Assembly (NCBI GenBank): GCA_950097015.1
Contig: CATNEN010000001.1
Location: 12,524,001 to 12,588,000, forward strand
Source of the DNA: Macrostomum hystrix
Taxonomy: Eukaryota > Animalia > Platyhelminthes
DNA length: 64,000 nt
Direction: 5' to 3'
Positions within the stretch are counted from its first letter, which is position 1. Each line of letters opens with the position of its first letter. This document shows, piece after piece, positions 12,301 through 25,586 of this stretch. The position numbers and the translations under genes are program-made. Below the pieces are notes generated by a model. The model was not told the origin of the DNA. It was given only the letters and a program-made list of their open reading frames with translations, and searched no databases.

Positions 12301-15300
12301 ACCCGAACCCTCTGCCGCAAGTTGGAAGGCGTCAGACGCGTCGGAAAAGTGGCGGCGGTTCGGCAACCACCACTACGACGGTTGTCCTGTCCGATAGCGA
12401 CTCAGATGTTCTGCAACTGTGCTCTGCGCATCATCCTGATGATGATTTCCTTGACGACTATCAGGAAGAAGAGGAAGCCGCCGCCGCCGCTGCTGCTTCG
12501 GCTGCCGCGGCCTCCGCAGCGGCCGGTGTCGACGTCGATCTCGACTTTCCCCCGCCCGAAGTTGTCGCCGCTATGGTTGGCGCCGGTGGCGGTGGTGGTA
12601 GCGGCGCTGGAGCCGCCGGTGTTGGTCGACAGCCGTGGGACGAAGAGCTCATTGTGAAGCGCCAGTGCCCAGCCCTACTGCCCGCCTTTGACCCCATACC
12701 GGGCCGGACCAATGTCAACCAGACTCAAGATTTTCACATCGACGAACCATTGCCGGCTAATATGGACCGAGTGCTGGCTTTGGCTTCTTCGTCCATAGAC
12801 GTCGTTGAATTGTCGCCCGCCGGTCCTGTCGCTGCCGCGGACACGCCGATAGCGGCTGTCCCGACTGGCACTACTACCAGACTTGTGCTCAGCGTGAAAT
12901 CTGTTCAGCATCGCGATCTAGAACTGCCAATGCACGACCGGTCAGCTTCGGTGTTCAAGTACATTGTGCAGGCCATGCTGGAGGCCTCGCTGCGATCCAG
13001 CGTCAATGCCCCTGTTGGCAGCCGCGGCGTTGGCGGCACAGGCGCAGCCGTCTCTGAGCAGCTTCGCCGAGTGTGGGACACTTCTTTTACTCTGGCCTAT
13101 CGCGAGGTTGAAGTTATTGATTCTGGTGCAGTCGCTTCGGCTTCCGCCGCAGCCTCCGCCGGTGCCGCCGCTGACGACGCTGCTGGCGGAGGTAGCGGCG
13201 ATGCTCGCCTACTGATGAGTCGATCCGCTCCGTCTGATGTTGGCCGTTCGCCCGGAGAACTGACCCCGGCTCAGGTATGCTGTCTTGTCTTGATTTAACT
13301 ATGATGTTAGACGGTTAGCTCAGGTGTTAGGTAGCTCAGGTGTTAGGTAGCTCAGGTGTTAGGTAGCTCAGGTGTTAGGTAGCTCAGGTGTTAGGTAGCT
13401 CAGGTGTTAGGTAGCTCAGGTGTTAGGTAGCTCAGGTGTTAGGTAGCTCAGGTGTTAGACAGGTAGTTCATGTGTTAGATAGCTCAGGTGTTAAACAGGC
13501 AGCTCAGGTGTTAGACAGGAACCTCAGGTGTTAGACAGGAACCTCAGGTGTTAGACAGGTAGTTCGTGTGTTAGACAGCTCAGGTGTTAGACAGGAACCT
13601 GAGGTGTTAGACAGGCAGCTCAGGTGTTAGACAGGCTGCTCATGTGTTAGACAGGTAGCTCAGGTGTTAGACAGGAACCTGAGGTGTTAGACAGGCAGCT
13701 CAGGTGTTAGACAGGCTGCTCATATGTTAGACAGGTAGCTCAGGTGTTAGACAGGAACCTGAGGTGTTAGACAGGCTGCTCATATGTTAGACAGGTAGCT
13801 CAGGTGTTAGACAATTATCTCTGTTCCATATTCACAGTTCTTTTGCTAATCTTTATTAGCTACGGTACAATTTTTATTAGATCTTTCTGTACCTTTATCA
13901 CTAGTAGACTAGACATTGAGTCCTGTGTGAGACAGTCCTTGACAAAAACTAAGCCTCTATGAATGACCTTCCAGTCTGTTTTTTTAAGCTTTTTGTCCGC
14001 AAAGAAGAACCCCGTCGGAATTCCGTACCCTGTCGGTCTTCCCTGCTTCCTCCTTCTCGCTTCACTCTCTCATTCTCCCTCGATAGTTTTTTCCTCTGCG
14101 TATGGTTTCATAAATTCAGTTTGAAAATTCTCTATAAACTCCTAAAAGAATGCACCACTTGGGAGTTCTTTAAGTGCGAATTTTCAAAAATTGCTTCTGA
14201 CAGAGCGTTAACAATTTGTTTCAAGACTAATCAATACTAATTAAGTAATTTGCGGCCCGCCTACGTGAGCAGTTGAGCATTCTGAGAACTGTTCTTAATA
14301 TATTCTAGATTATCTAGTCTATCCAGGCCATCAATTAGTAAAAAATGGCACTGAACTTTTTCTTTGCTAGTTAATCATTATCTAGGCTTTGTCATGAATT
14401 ATTCTAGTCTGTGTAGTCTGTGAGCACACAATCTCGTTTCAGACTCCGCCTACTTCCGTATCTTTAAGGGGCTAGTTTTGTATTATCTTCTCCAAATCCT
14501 TCAGAACATTCTTTCCTTTTTAAAAGCTTCGGAAGCAAATCCCTCCGTATCCATCAGGAAATCCTTCCGTATCTTTCAGGAAATTCTTCCGTATCCTTCA
14601 GGAAATCCTTCCGTATCTATCAGGAAATCCTTCCGTATCCTTCAGGAAATCCTTCCATATCCTTCAGGAAATCATTCTCTATCCTTCAAGAAATCATTCT
14701 CTATCTTTCAGGAAATCCTTCCGGATCCTTCAGGAAATCCTTCTCTATCCTTCAGGAAATCATTCTCTATCCTTCAGGAAATCATTCTCTATCCTTCAGG
14801 AAATCCTTCCGGATTCTTCAGGAAATCCTTCCGGATTCTTCAGGAAATCCTTCCGGATTCTTCAGGAAATCCTTCCGGATTCTTCAGGAAATTCTTCCGG
14901 ATTCTTCAGGAAATCATTCTCTATCCTTCAGGAAATCCTTCCGGATCCTTCAGGAAATCATTCTCTATCCTTCAGGAAACCATTCTCTATCCTTCAGGAA
15001 ATCATTTTCTATCCTTCAGGAAATCATTCTCTATCCTTCAGGAAATCCTTCCGGATCCTTCAGGAAATCATTCTCTATCCTTCAGGAAACCATTCTCTAT
15101 CCTTCAGGAAATCATTCTCTATCCTTCAGGAAATCATTCTCTATCCTTCAGGAAATCCTTCCGGATCCTTCAGGAAATCATTCTCTATCCTTCAGGAAAC
15201 CATTCTCTATCCTTCAGGAAATCATTTTCTATCCTTCAGGAAATCATTTTCTATCCTTCAGGAAATCATTCTCTATCCTTCAGGAAATCCTTCTGGATCC

Positions 15301-18300
15301 TTCAGGAAATCATTCTCTATCCTTCAGGAAATCCTTCTGGATCCTTCAGGAAATCATTTTCTATCCTTCAGGAAATCATTCTCTATCCTTCAGGAAATCC
15401 TTCCGGATCCTTCAGGAAATCATTCTCTATCCTTCAGGAAACCATTCTCTATCCTTCAGGAAATCATTCTCTATCCTTCAGGAAATCATTCTCTATCCTT
15501 CAGGAAATCCTTCCGGATCCTTCAGGAAATCATTCTCTATCCTTCAGGAAACCATTCTCTATCCTTCAGGAAATCATTTTCTATCCTTCAGGAAATCATT
15601 TTCTATCCTTCAGGAAATCATTCTCTATCCTTCAGGAAATCCTTCTGGATCCTTCAGGAAATCATTCTCTATCCTTCAGGAAATCATTCTCTATCCTTCA
15701 GGAAATCCTTCTGGATCCTTCAGGAAATCATTCTCTATCCTTCAGGAAATCATTCTCTATCCTTCAGGAAATCCTTCCGGATTCTTCAGGACAGTTTACC
15801 TTCAGATGGAATAAAAAGTCAATCAGAATCTACTAATCCATTCTTGACCTCGTGAACCATGAGACTCCGCCCCCACCTGACTGACAGTTGGAGCTGAGCC
15901 TGCATCGCGGCAGTCTGCACAAATCCCAACTGTTGGATTATATTGCCGCCTCTGCCAGCGAAGGCTTCATGCGCGAATGGCGTCTGCGCGGCTCTAGGCG
16001 CAATGTGATGCGCAAAAACAACTGCAGAAAGCTGGTGTCCGCCTATCGCCAACTGTTGAAGGACCAGAACTCCGGCCCCGGTGCAGCGGCGGCCGCAGCT
16101 GCAGGCTCGCCAGCCGAGCGTCAGAGGCGGCGACGTCGCACGGCCTCGCTGCGATTAGCCAGCGAGTCCGAGCTAATGACTGCCGATACGGCAGGTGTTG
16201 AAGACGCTCTGAACCTGCTGCACATTTTCTACACGGCCGGCTTTGTGCCCAGCGAGTTGTTCCACTCGAAGAAGCTCACACAGAAGCTAACTCGCCAGGC
16301 TCAGGAGCCGCTGATGCTGGCCAGCCTGGCGCTGCCAGATTGGTGCGAGTCCGTGGCCAACTATTGCCCGATTCTGTTCCCATTCAATCTGCGCCTGCAG
16401 CTGTTTCATTGTGTGGCATTCGGCCCAACCCGAGCCCTCATGTGGGTTCAGGCACAGAAGCGCCGCGCCCAGGAGCTGCAGCAGGGCCAGACTAAGCGAC
16501 CGGTGCGAGAGGACCAGCTGCCGCTGGGGGAGGTAAGTTTTCCAGTGTTGGAAGGAAACTTTTCCCGATATGTATCGAAATTCTTTATGTAGCCGATATG
16601 TAGCGAAAAAATGTATCAAAGTGATTTTTATGTGTTAAGATAGTGTTATATATAGAATAATTTAAATTCTTATCTTCACTTAGAATGGCATATATAACTT
16701 TGTCTTTTCTTTTATTATTTTTCAAGTTATAGATCTAAATGCCGGAGATTAAAAACAGTATATTCAAGGTTAAAACTGTTAAATGTTATTAGTTGCCGAT
16801 ATGTTTTGAAAAATCTAGCTTGTTGATCTTAGCTTTAAGCGACCAATACCTACTGTATAATTTTATTTTTTCGAAGCCTAAATCTAGTAATATTGTATAA
16901 TTGTATAATCTAGCTTTCACTCGTACAAATAATTTTACATTCAGCTAGCCGATATGTATCGAAAAAGCTTATGTATGAGTTCTCAAATCGCTTCCCCGTT
17001 GAACCAGGTGGATCTGGGCCGCTTAAAACGCGAACGAGTTCGCATTCCGCGCCTGTCGGGCGATCCTCTCCTAGCCTGGGCCGCCCAGCTTCTCAGCAGC
17101 CACGCCGCCCGCAAAGCCGAGTTGGAGGTCCAGTTTAACGGCGAACAGGGTACCGGCCTCGGTCCCACCCTGGAGTTCTTCAGCCTGCTGGCCGCCGAAT
17201 TCACCAGGCGCGATCTGGGCATGTGGATCTGCGAAGATCTAGCTGAAGATGAAGATGAGCAAACTGGCAAAGACTCCAAGACCGGGGAGGACAAGGACGG
17301 CAAGCCGGCTGGCTATTACGTCACCCGACCATCCGGCTTGTTCCCGGCCCCCTACCGCCATTGTCCACCGCGCGTATCAGCTCTGTTCCGCCTGCTTGGC
17401 ATGGCCCTGGCCAAGTGTCTGCAGGACGGCCGCCTCATGGACATCAGCCTGAGCGGGCCGTTCCTTCGCCTGCTGTGCCAGGCCCAGGAGCCGGGAGCTG
17501 TTGACCGAGGAGCCTCGGCTGCTGCAGGACAGACTAGCTGGTGGTCCGGCATTCTTGGCGCCGCTGATTTCGCCTGCCTCTATCCGGAGAGAGCCAAACT
17601 TATCAGCCGGCTGGAGGCCGAGACTGACAAGGCTGCGGCTGCCGCGGAGCTGGAGGACCTCTGCCTTGACTGCGTCTGGCTGCCTACGTCCAAGGTCTAC
17701 GGCGAAGCGGCTACGCCTCTGCGGCGACTGGCCGAAGATTTTGTCGATCAGGCTGATGGTGAGACGCTGCTCTTGTCATTGGCATTTGATTACTGCCGAT
17801 CCGCCTCGTGCAACCCAGCCACCTCCCTCCACCACCCGCCCCCAGTGCAACTCAGCCACCTCCCTCCACCACCCGCCCCCATTGCAACTCAGCCACCTCC
17901 CTCCACTGTCCGCCACCAGTGCAACCCAGCCAGCTCCCTCCACTGTCCGCCCCCGTGCAACCCAGCCACCTCCCTCCACCACCCGCCCCCCGTGCAACCC
18001 AGCCACCTCCCTCCACCACCCGCCCCCCGTGCAACCCAGCCACCTCCCTCCACCACCCGCCCCCCGTGCAACCCAGCCACCTCCCTCCACCACCCGCCCC
18101 CCGTGCAACTCAGCCACCTCCCTCCACTGTCCGCCACCAGTGCAACTCAGCCACCTCCCTCCACCACCCGCCCCCCGTGCAACCCAGCCACCTCCCTCCA
18201 CCACCCGCCCCCCGTGCAACCCAGCCACCTCCCTCCACCACCCGTCCCCCGTGCAACCCAGCCACCTCCCTCCACCACCCGCCCCCCGTGCAACCCAGCC

Positions 18301-19231
18301 ACCTCCCTCCACCACCCGCCCCCCGTGCAACCCAGCCACCTCCCTCCACCACCCGTCCCCCGTGCAACCCAGCCACCTCCCTCCACCACCCGCCCCCCGT
18401 GCAACCCAGCCACCTCCCTCCACCACCCGCCCCCCGTGCAACCCAGCCACCTCCCTCCACCACCCGCCCCCCCCGTGCAACCCAGCCACCTCCCTCCACC
18501 ACCCGCCCCCCGTGCAACCCAGCCACCTCCCTCCACCACCCGCCCCCCGTGCAACCCAGCCACCTCCATCCACCACCCGCCCCCCGTGCAACCCAGCCAC
18601 CTCCCTCCACCATCGCCCTAATGTTCCTCTCCTTCGCTCTCTCGCAGCCTCTGCCTCATCTGCCGCTGCGCCCCTGGAAACTCTGTTCGAGTCCACGCCA
18701 GAGCCGGTGACACTGTCCAACCTGGCCGAGTACGCGGCCCTCACTCGCCAGTTCGCCTTGGACGCTGGCATTCGCTGCCAGCTTGAAGCCCTGAAGACCG
18801 GCTTCGACTCTGTGTTTCCAATGCACCGGCTGCACCTGTTCACACCTGACGAGCTGAGATCACTGCTCTGCGGCGAACAAGCGCCGGAATGGACTCGCGA
18901 GGACATTCTTGAGCACACTGAGCCGAAGAACGGCTATCACCGCGACCACCCCACTGTGCTCATGCTGGCAGATGTGCTCACTGGTTTCAATGCTGTTGAG
19001 CGCAAACAGTTCCTGCAATTCAGCACCGGCTGCTCCAGTCTACCGCCTGGCGGACTCAAAAATCTTCATCCTCGACTGACCATTGTGCGTAAGCACGACT
19101 CAAGCGACGGGTCCTATCCGTCTGTTAACACCTGCCTGCACTTTCTCAAACTGCCCGAGTACTCTTGCGCCGAAGTGATGCGAGACAGAATTCTGGTGGC
19201 CACCCTGGAGAAAGGATTTCATCTCAACTAA
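3350..19231 (+). CDS. HECTD1: E3 ubiquitin ligase HECTD1 (ARM, ankyrin, SUN-like, MIB/HERC2, helical bundle, HECT). Exons 3350-5357, 5856-6351, 7549-8935, 10666-11043, 11457-13274, 15888-16532, 17008-17758, 18648-19231
   Basis: N-terminus DPDTLLDWL..LLFSDNVDRCFE, ankyrin [82 protein letters not shown] and catalytic YPSVNTCLHFLKLPEYS..GFHLN; all seven GT-AG junctions are phase-consistent. Confidence 0.95.
5385..5825. repeat. Degenerate 27-bp minisatellite (catcttccaccgattcacaatgtcctt) in HECTD1 intron 1
   Basis: 9-aa periodicity in overlapping ORFs (SSSTDSQCP). Confidence 0.9.
6421..7053. repeat. 40-bp minisatellite (ttcacagacgtctaacacgactagtctaggctactactag) in HECTD1 intron 2, about 15 copies
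   Basis: Visible periodicity. Confidence 0.95.
8969..10225. repeat. 37-bp minisatellite (gagtctaccagtcgccctatttcccatctctgtcctt) in HECTD1 intron 3, about 33 copies
   Basis: Unit starts at 8969 and 9006. Confidence 0.95.
11178..11447 (-). mobile_element. SINE family 1 copy in HECTD1 intron 4
   Basis: gaggaggcaattctgcccatttcgctgactcctgagcacacacgcacacag core; ends with ccgctctgccacc (reverse complement of tRNA-like head). Confidence 0.85.
13316..13812. repeat. 16/20-bp minisatellite (gtagctcaggtgttag[acag]) at 5' end of HECTD1 intron 5
   Basis: Visible periodicity. Confidence 0.95.
14530..15790. repeat. 22-bp minisatellite (ttcaggaaatcattctctatcc) at 3' end of HECTD1 intron 5
   Basis: 22-aa cyclic ORF 14478..15836 reflects the unit. 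Confidence 0.95.
17808..18618. repeat. 37-bp C-rich minisatellite (gtgcaacccagccacctccctccaccacccgcccccc) in HECTD1 intron 7
   Basis: Visible periodicity; interrupts the HECT domain coding sequence between 17758 and 18648. Confidence 0.95.
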
Positions 19232-21069
19232 CCTTGGAAAAGTTTAACTCTGAATTATTGACTAACAACTGTTGAGCCTGAGTTTGTGTTGTCGGATCTT
19301 TTATCTCTCTGGGGATTGGTGTTTTAATTGTTCGGATCTTATTGTGAAAATTTACTAATTTATTTTTATTTTTGACGTACTAATAAAAATTTGGATTTTA
19401 TGTATCGTTACTTTTTTATCGTTGCTTTTAGTTGTAGTTTTCGCTGATTAGTCTAGTTGATTGATTACTTAGATTATCTTCCTTGTGGGCACAGATTCGA
19501 ACTCGTGATCTCTTCTAGACAGAAGTGCAAAATTTGAAATCACTACTTTAGTTATCAGTCTAAGCTTATTGAATAATAATTAATTTTCTGGTACAGGATT
19601 ATATTGTATTTCATTTTCCAAGTAAGTTTTTTAAGACTGCAACAAAATATTTAAGATCTTGTGATTTAATCTGCAACTCTTGATTGCGTCATCAATTTCC
19701 TGGCGTACTTAAGAAAATTAGTAAATAAGCGCTTTCTTTAGCTGCTACTTATAAGTAAGTAGCGTGAGCGAACATAGAATGCTTTTTTGGTGGGTAAATT
19801 ATCATGATTACTTAATCGGCATACTTAACAGCCATGTGCTATAGGAGTGCTTTAGGGGTTTAGCCTTTTTTCGCAACACTCGCCTGGTTACTAGAGCTGT
19901 CCGTCAGTTAGGTTGTTTCGCGCCAAGGCTGTATGTTTTTTACTCTGTCAATAGCTAACTGTCCCTAAATTCAAGTTAATCAATAAATATTTATTCAGAA
20001 TCAATTTGGAACTGACATATTGTTGTCTAATTTTATCTATTTATTATTAAACATCTTTGTGTTAAAAAACGGTAAAATGAAATGCTCTCGATGTTATATC
20101 ACACACCTATCCTACCTTCGAGTGTTTTAACAAGTTCAAAGTTTAGGATCAAAAGAACTTTAGTTACTATGGATTTTCTGCCTCTTTTTATATCTCATAT
20201 TCCCAGGTATATATAATTGAAGCTTAAAAATCTATTATGAACTCTTATCATCACTACCTATATGTCTATATTACTGTTCCATTATAACAAATGTGATTCA
20301 ATTAAAGCACTGCAAAACGTCTTTTCCTGTGAAGCACACACATTTTAAATTAAAAAAAAAGTATCTATTTATGCATGCGTTCTTAGCGTTTTCATTATTT
20401 CACATGGGCTACTGGGGGCTATGAGCACATTCGAGTACGAGTATTGGACATCCAGAACAAGTTTTAACATTTATTTTTTTCGAGTACAAACTACCACGCT
20501 ATTTTTCCCCTTAGTAAATACCACCAGACACCCCGACGACGACGACGAAAAATACAAACAAAAAGATTGTACACAACAAATTGCATTCTAAACGTGATTT
20601 TTTAGACTTAATCATCAGAATAGGTGTTGAATAACATTATTAAAATGGTGTCCTCACACTCTCTGAAGGTAGTCAAGGCAGAGGTCGTAGGAGACGAAAT
20701 AACATTTCTATTTTTAACATCTTCAAGCGAAGTCTTTGCAACTTGTTTTCCCACAGCGGGACATTGTCCAGGTTTAGAGGATTAGTTTGCCGGAAATTAA
20801 AGCCAGTTTCATGATTTTGAGATAGTCGGAAAGTGAGAGGCGGGGCTGTTAATACCGGAGCCGCATTTCCTGGATTCCGCATCTGAGAACAGAACTAAAC
20901 TGCTTTGAAATCCGGCGAGGAAGGAGACAGAAAACTACAGAAAATAAACTTGTCTAAATCGGATGCGGAAACTGGGTGTAGTAGCTTCCTCCTTGATCCT
21001 CTGTTGACTTCAGGTGCAGTCGCCGAAATCCATTGAGTTTCTCTGGCCTGAACTTGCTGGCCTACATAC

Positions 21070-23704
21070 GAACCTACTTCATGGGACTACCGCGGATTGA
21101 ACCTACTTCATGGAACTACCGCGGATTGAACCTACTTCATGGGACTACCGCGGATTGAACCTACTTCATGGGACTACCGCGGATTGAACCTACTTCATGG
21201 GACTACCGCGGATTGAACCTACTTCATGGGACTACCGCGGATTGAACCTACTTCATGGAACTACCGCGGATTGAACCTACTTCATGGGACTACCGCGGAT
21301 TGAACCTACTTCATGGGACTACCGCGGATTGAACCTACTTCATGGGACTACCGCGGATTGAACCTACTTCATGGGACTACCGCGGATTGAACCTACTTCA
21401 TGGGACTACCGCGGATTGAACCTACTTCATGGGACTACCGCGGATTGAACCTACTTCATGGGACTACCGCGGATTGAACCTACTTCATGGGACTACCGCG
21501 GATTGAACCTACTTCATGGGACTACCGCGGATTGAACCTACTTCATGGGACTACCGCGGATTGAACCTACTTCATGGGACTACCGCGGATTGAACCTACT
21601 TCATGGGACTACCGCGGATTGAACCTACTTCATGGGACTACCGCGGATTGAACCTACTTCATGGGACTACCGCGGATTGAACCTACTTCATGGGACTACC
21701 GCGGATTGAACCTACTTCATGGAACTACCACGGATTGAACCTACTTCATGGGACTACCGCGGATTGAACCTACTTCATGGAACTACCGCGGATTGAACCT
21801 ACTTCATGGAACTACCGCGGATTGAACCTACTTCATGGGACTACCGCGGATTGAACCTACTTCATGGGACTACCGCGGATTGAACCTACTTCATGGGACT
21901 ACCGCGGATTGAACCTACTTCATGGGACTACCGCGGATTGAACCTACTTCATGGGACTACCGCGGATTGAACCTACTTCATGGGACTACCGCGGATTGAA
22001 CCTACTTCATGGGACTACCGCGGATTGAACCTACTTCATGGGACTACCGCGGATTGAACCTACTTCATGGGACTACCGCGGATTGAACCTACTTCATGGG
22101 ACTACCGCGGATTGAACCTACTTCATGGGACTACCGCGGATTGAACCTACTTCATGGAACTACCACGGATTGAACCTACTTCATGGGACTACCGCGGATT
22201 GAACCTACTTCATGGAACTACCGCGGATTGAACCTACTTCATGGAACTACCGCGGATTGAACCTACTTCATGGAACTACCACGGATTGAACCTACTTCAT
22301 GGGACTACCGCGGATTGAACCTACTTCATGGAACTACCGCGGATTGAACCTACTTCATGGGACTACCGCGGATTGAACCTACTTCATGGGACTACCGCGG
22401 ATTGAACCTACTTCATGGGACTACCGCGGATTGAACCTACTTCATGGGACTACCGCGGATTGAACCTACTTCATGGGACTACCGCGGATTGAACCTACTT
22501 CATGGGACTACCGCGGATTGAACCTACTTCATGGGACTACCGCGGATTGAACCTACTTCATGGGACTACCGCGGATTGAACCTACTTCATGGGACTACCG
22601 TGGATTGAACCTACTTCATGGAACTACCACGGATTGAACCTACTTCATGGGACTACCGCGGATTGAACCTACTTCATGGGACTACCGCGGATTGAACCTA
22701 CTTCATGGGACTACCGCGGATTGAACCTACTTCATGGGACTACCGCGGATTGAACCTACTTCATGGGACTACCGCGGATTGAACCTACTTCATGGGACTA
22801 CCGCGGATTGAACCTACTTCATGGGACTACCGCGGATTGAACCTACTTCATGGGACTACCGCGGATTGAACCTACTTCATGGGACTACCGCGGATTGAAC
22901 CTACTTCATGGAACTACCGCGGATTGAACCTACTTCATGGGACTACCGCGGATTGAACCTACTTCATGGGACTACCGCGGATTGAACCTACTTCATGGGA
23001 CTACCGCGGATTGAACCTACTTCATGGGACTACCGCGGATTGAACCTACTTCATGGAACTACCGCGGATTGAACCTACTTCATGGAACTACCGCGGATTG
23101 AACCTACTTCATGGGACTACCGCGGATTGAACCTACTTCATGGGACTACCGCGGATTGAACCTACTTCATGGAACTACCGCGGATTGAACCTACTTCATG
23201 GGACTACCGCGGATTGAACCTACTTCATGGGACTACCGTGGATTGAACCTACTTCATGGGACTACCGCGGATTGAACCTACTTCATGGGACTACCGCGGA
23301 TTGAACCTACTTCATGGGACTACCGCGGATTGAACCTACTTCATGGGACTACCGCGGATTGAACCTACTTCATGGAACTACCACGGATTGAACCTACTTC
23401 ATGGGACTACCGCGGATTGAACCTACTTCATGGGACTACCGCGGATTGAACCTACTTCATGGGACTACCGCGGATTGAACCTACTTCATGGGACTACCGC
23501 GGATTGAACCTACTTCATGGAACTACCGCGGATTGAACCTACTTCATGGAACTACCGCGGATTGAACCTACTTCATGGGACTACCGCGGATTGAACCTAC
23601 TTCATGGGACTACCGCGGATTGAACCTACTTCATGGAACTACCGCGGATTGAACCTACTTCATGGGACTACCGTGGATTGAACCTACTTCATGGAACTAC
23701 CGCG
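21070..23704. repeat. Highly homogeneous 29-bp satellite (gaacctacttcatgggactaccgcggatt), about 90 copies
   Basis: Unit starts at 21071 and 21100; only a few recurrent variants (gga/gaa, cgc/cac/cgt). Confidence 0.97.
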
Positions 23705-23783
23705 ACTCATCCAGTTAAAAATCAATCCAAGATTTGCGGCTTCATGGCTGTCTTACACCAGTTGTTGCGAATAATTTAAGTGC

Positions 23784-25586
23784 TCATTGTCTGGCTTGAT
23801 TTCTGTTGCCCCTGCGAAAGATAAGGCGAGCCAGGGCGATGCGAAACGACTTCAGGGCGAAGCAGTAGAGCACGAAATTCAGACAGAAACCGAGCAGCTG
23901 CATGCAGTTCGTGACAGCCTCGATCTGCTTGTACAGCTGGTTGCTGTGCAGGCTGAGGTGGATCCGGCCACTGCTAGTCGGTGTTGTCGCACTGCTGGCA
24001 TTGGCCATGGTTTCGGAGGAGCGCCAGTCGGCAATCAGGGTGCACAGCTTCAGAGTCTCACTGGGGGCCACCATGGTAAGAAACAGAAGCACAATGCACA
24101 CCAGAGTGATGGTCACACGCTTGCTGCCGCTGCCGCCTCCGCCACCGCCGGCGCCGACGCCGCTGCCGCCGCCACCGACACTATTGACGATGCAGCTGCT
24201 GCTGATGCTGTGACCCAGTGTGCCACGTCTCACTAGAGTATATAATGTTAATGGCAGGAGGGCTGTAGACGATGACACATCATTTGGTGACAGTAGACCC
24301 GCAGCCAGCGAGGAGGCAACTCTGCCCATTTCGCTGACTCCTGAGCACACACGCACACAGGTTGTGTACATCTGCGCTTAATATCTCATTTTCAGGCAGA
24401 GTACACTCTCACTGTGCCTTGGAGGTTGAGCCTCAAGGGTGTAAATTGCACGACAAGCCCCCAAGCCTTCTCTCCGTGGCTGTGCCCCAAATAATGTGAC
24501 ATCGCTGCGGAATCGAGCTCAGGGACCTTGGCGCGTGAGGCAAACGCGTTAACCGCTCTGCCACCGACCCCCCCTCCTAAAGATAAGCTAGCTTGGGCGA
24601 ATTAGGTAATCTATCAAAACACGGACAGAGATTCACAAGCTACAGACCTGCCACAGCGGACATTGTCATCTCAGTGGCACTGTTGGATCTTCCAACAATG
24701 CTGGCGGTGGCAGTCACAGCTGTCAGAAGCTTCCGCTGATCCATTGAGCGCTTGATGCTGATCGTCAGGCGAACATTGCAAAAAATCAGAATTATCAGCG
24801 GCAGGAAGTTCCCGGCTGTAGCCCACAGCACTCTGCACATTCGAGTAGCAGTTTGGTAGAATTTGTATCGTTCGATGTGGACTACACAGAAACAATAATC
24901 AATATAAAACAATAGCCCACCGCTAACCCTTGGAGCGTTGCAGGCACTGACCTGTAAGCAGTATCGACCCCATAATTAGCTATGAGAATCTTCTCGGCGA
25001 AGAAGTGGCGCAAAAATTTTGTTTTGTTGAGACCAGGGCCGGCTGGCGAGGGCATCCAGCACTCGGCGGTTTGGCAGCTCCACAGCAGCGGCAGATTGAA
25101 TACGGCAGAGAAGATCAATGTGCCGACAACTCGACGTTTGGTGCGCCGCAGGCTGATCTGCCGCCGGGACCGCAGCGGGTGACAGACGGCGGCGTATCGC
25201 TCGGTTGCCAGGACGACCGTCAGCAGAGTCGACGCCATAATGAACACACTGATGACAGCGGAGCTCATCAGATGGTAGAGAAGCGCCGGTCCACGCTCTA
25301 CAGTCAAACGCGGCATGAGCGGGAACGGCAGGGCAAACAGGCAGAACAGCAGGTCGCTGATCGCCAACGCTGCGAGGCCGTAGGTGGCGCTGCAGTCGCG
25401 AGAGCCCAGCGATCTGCGCAGCAGTTTATCCCGCAGGCCGACTAGGTTGAACACGTTTCCAACAATACCGAATACGCACAGGGGCAGGACCAGGTGTTCA
25501 CTGATGGCTACCACCGGGTCTTTGTCCGATTGGTAATCTGCGCACACGGCCAGGGTTGAATCGTTGCTCTGTGATTTCAGAGACAT
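23784..25586 (-). CDS. Class A (rhodopsin-like) peptide GPCR, FMRFamide/myosuppressin-receptor-like. Exons 25586-24952, 24832-24648, 24232-23784
   Basis: TM1 GIVGN, TM2 LAISDLLF, TM3 ERYAAVCHP, TM4 FNLP, TM5 FLPLIILIFCN, TM6 TITLVCIVLLFL..P, TM7 NFVLYC; phase-consistent GT-AG junctions. Confidence 0.85.
24255..24567 (-). mobile_element. SINE family 1, near full-length copy in GPCR intron 2
   Basis: Reverse strand begins ggtggcagagcggttaacgcg (A box) ... gagctcgattcc (B-box-like). Confidence 0.85.

Noticed and set aside
14478-15836. 452-aa ORF
   Set aside because: Read-through of a 22-bp intronic minisatellite
17501-18918. Pro-rich (extensin-like) and Gly/Trp-rich ORFs
   Set aside because: Translation of the 37-bp intron 7 repeat; true HECT exons flank it
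20673-20882. 69-aa ORF next to the satellite
   Set aside because: No recognisable motif or splice-consistent model
6421-23704. Regular 29-40 bp repeats as CRISPR arrays
   Set aside because: No unique spacers, no cas genes, eukaryotic intronic context
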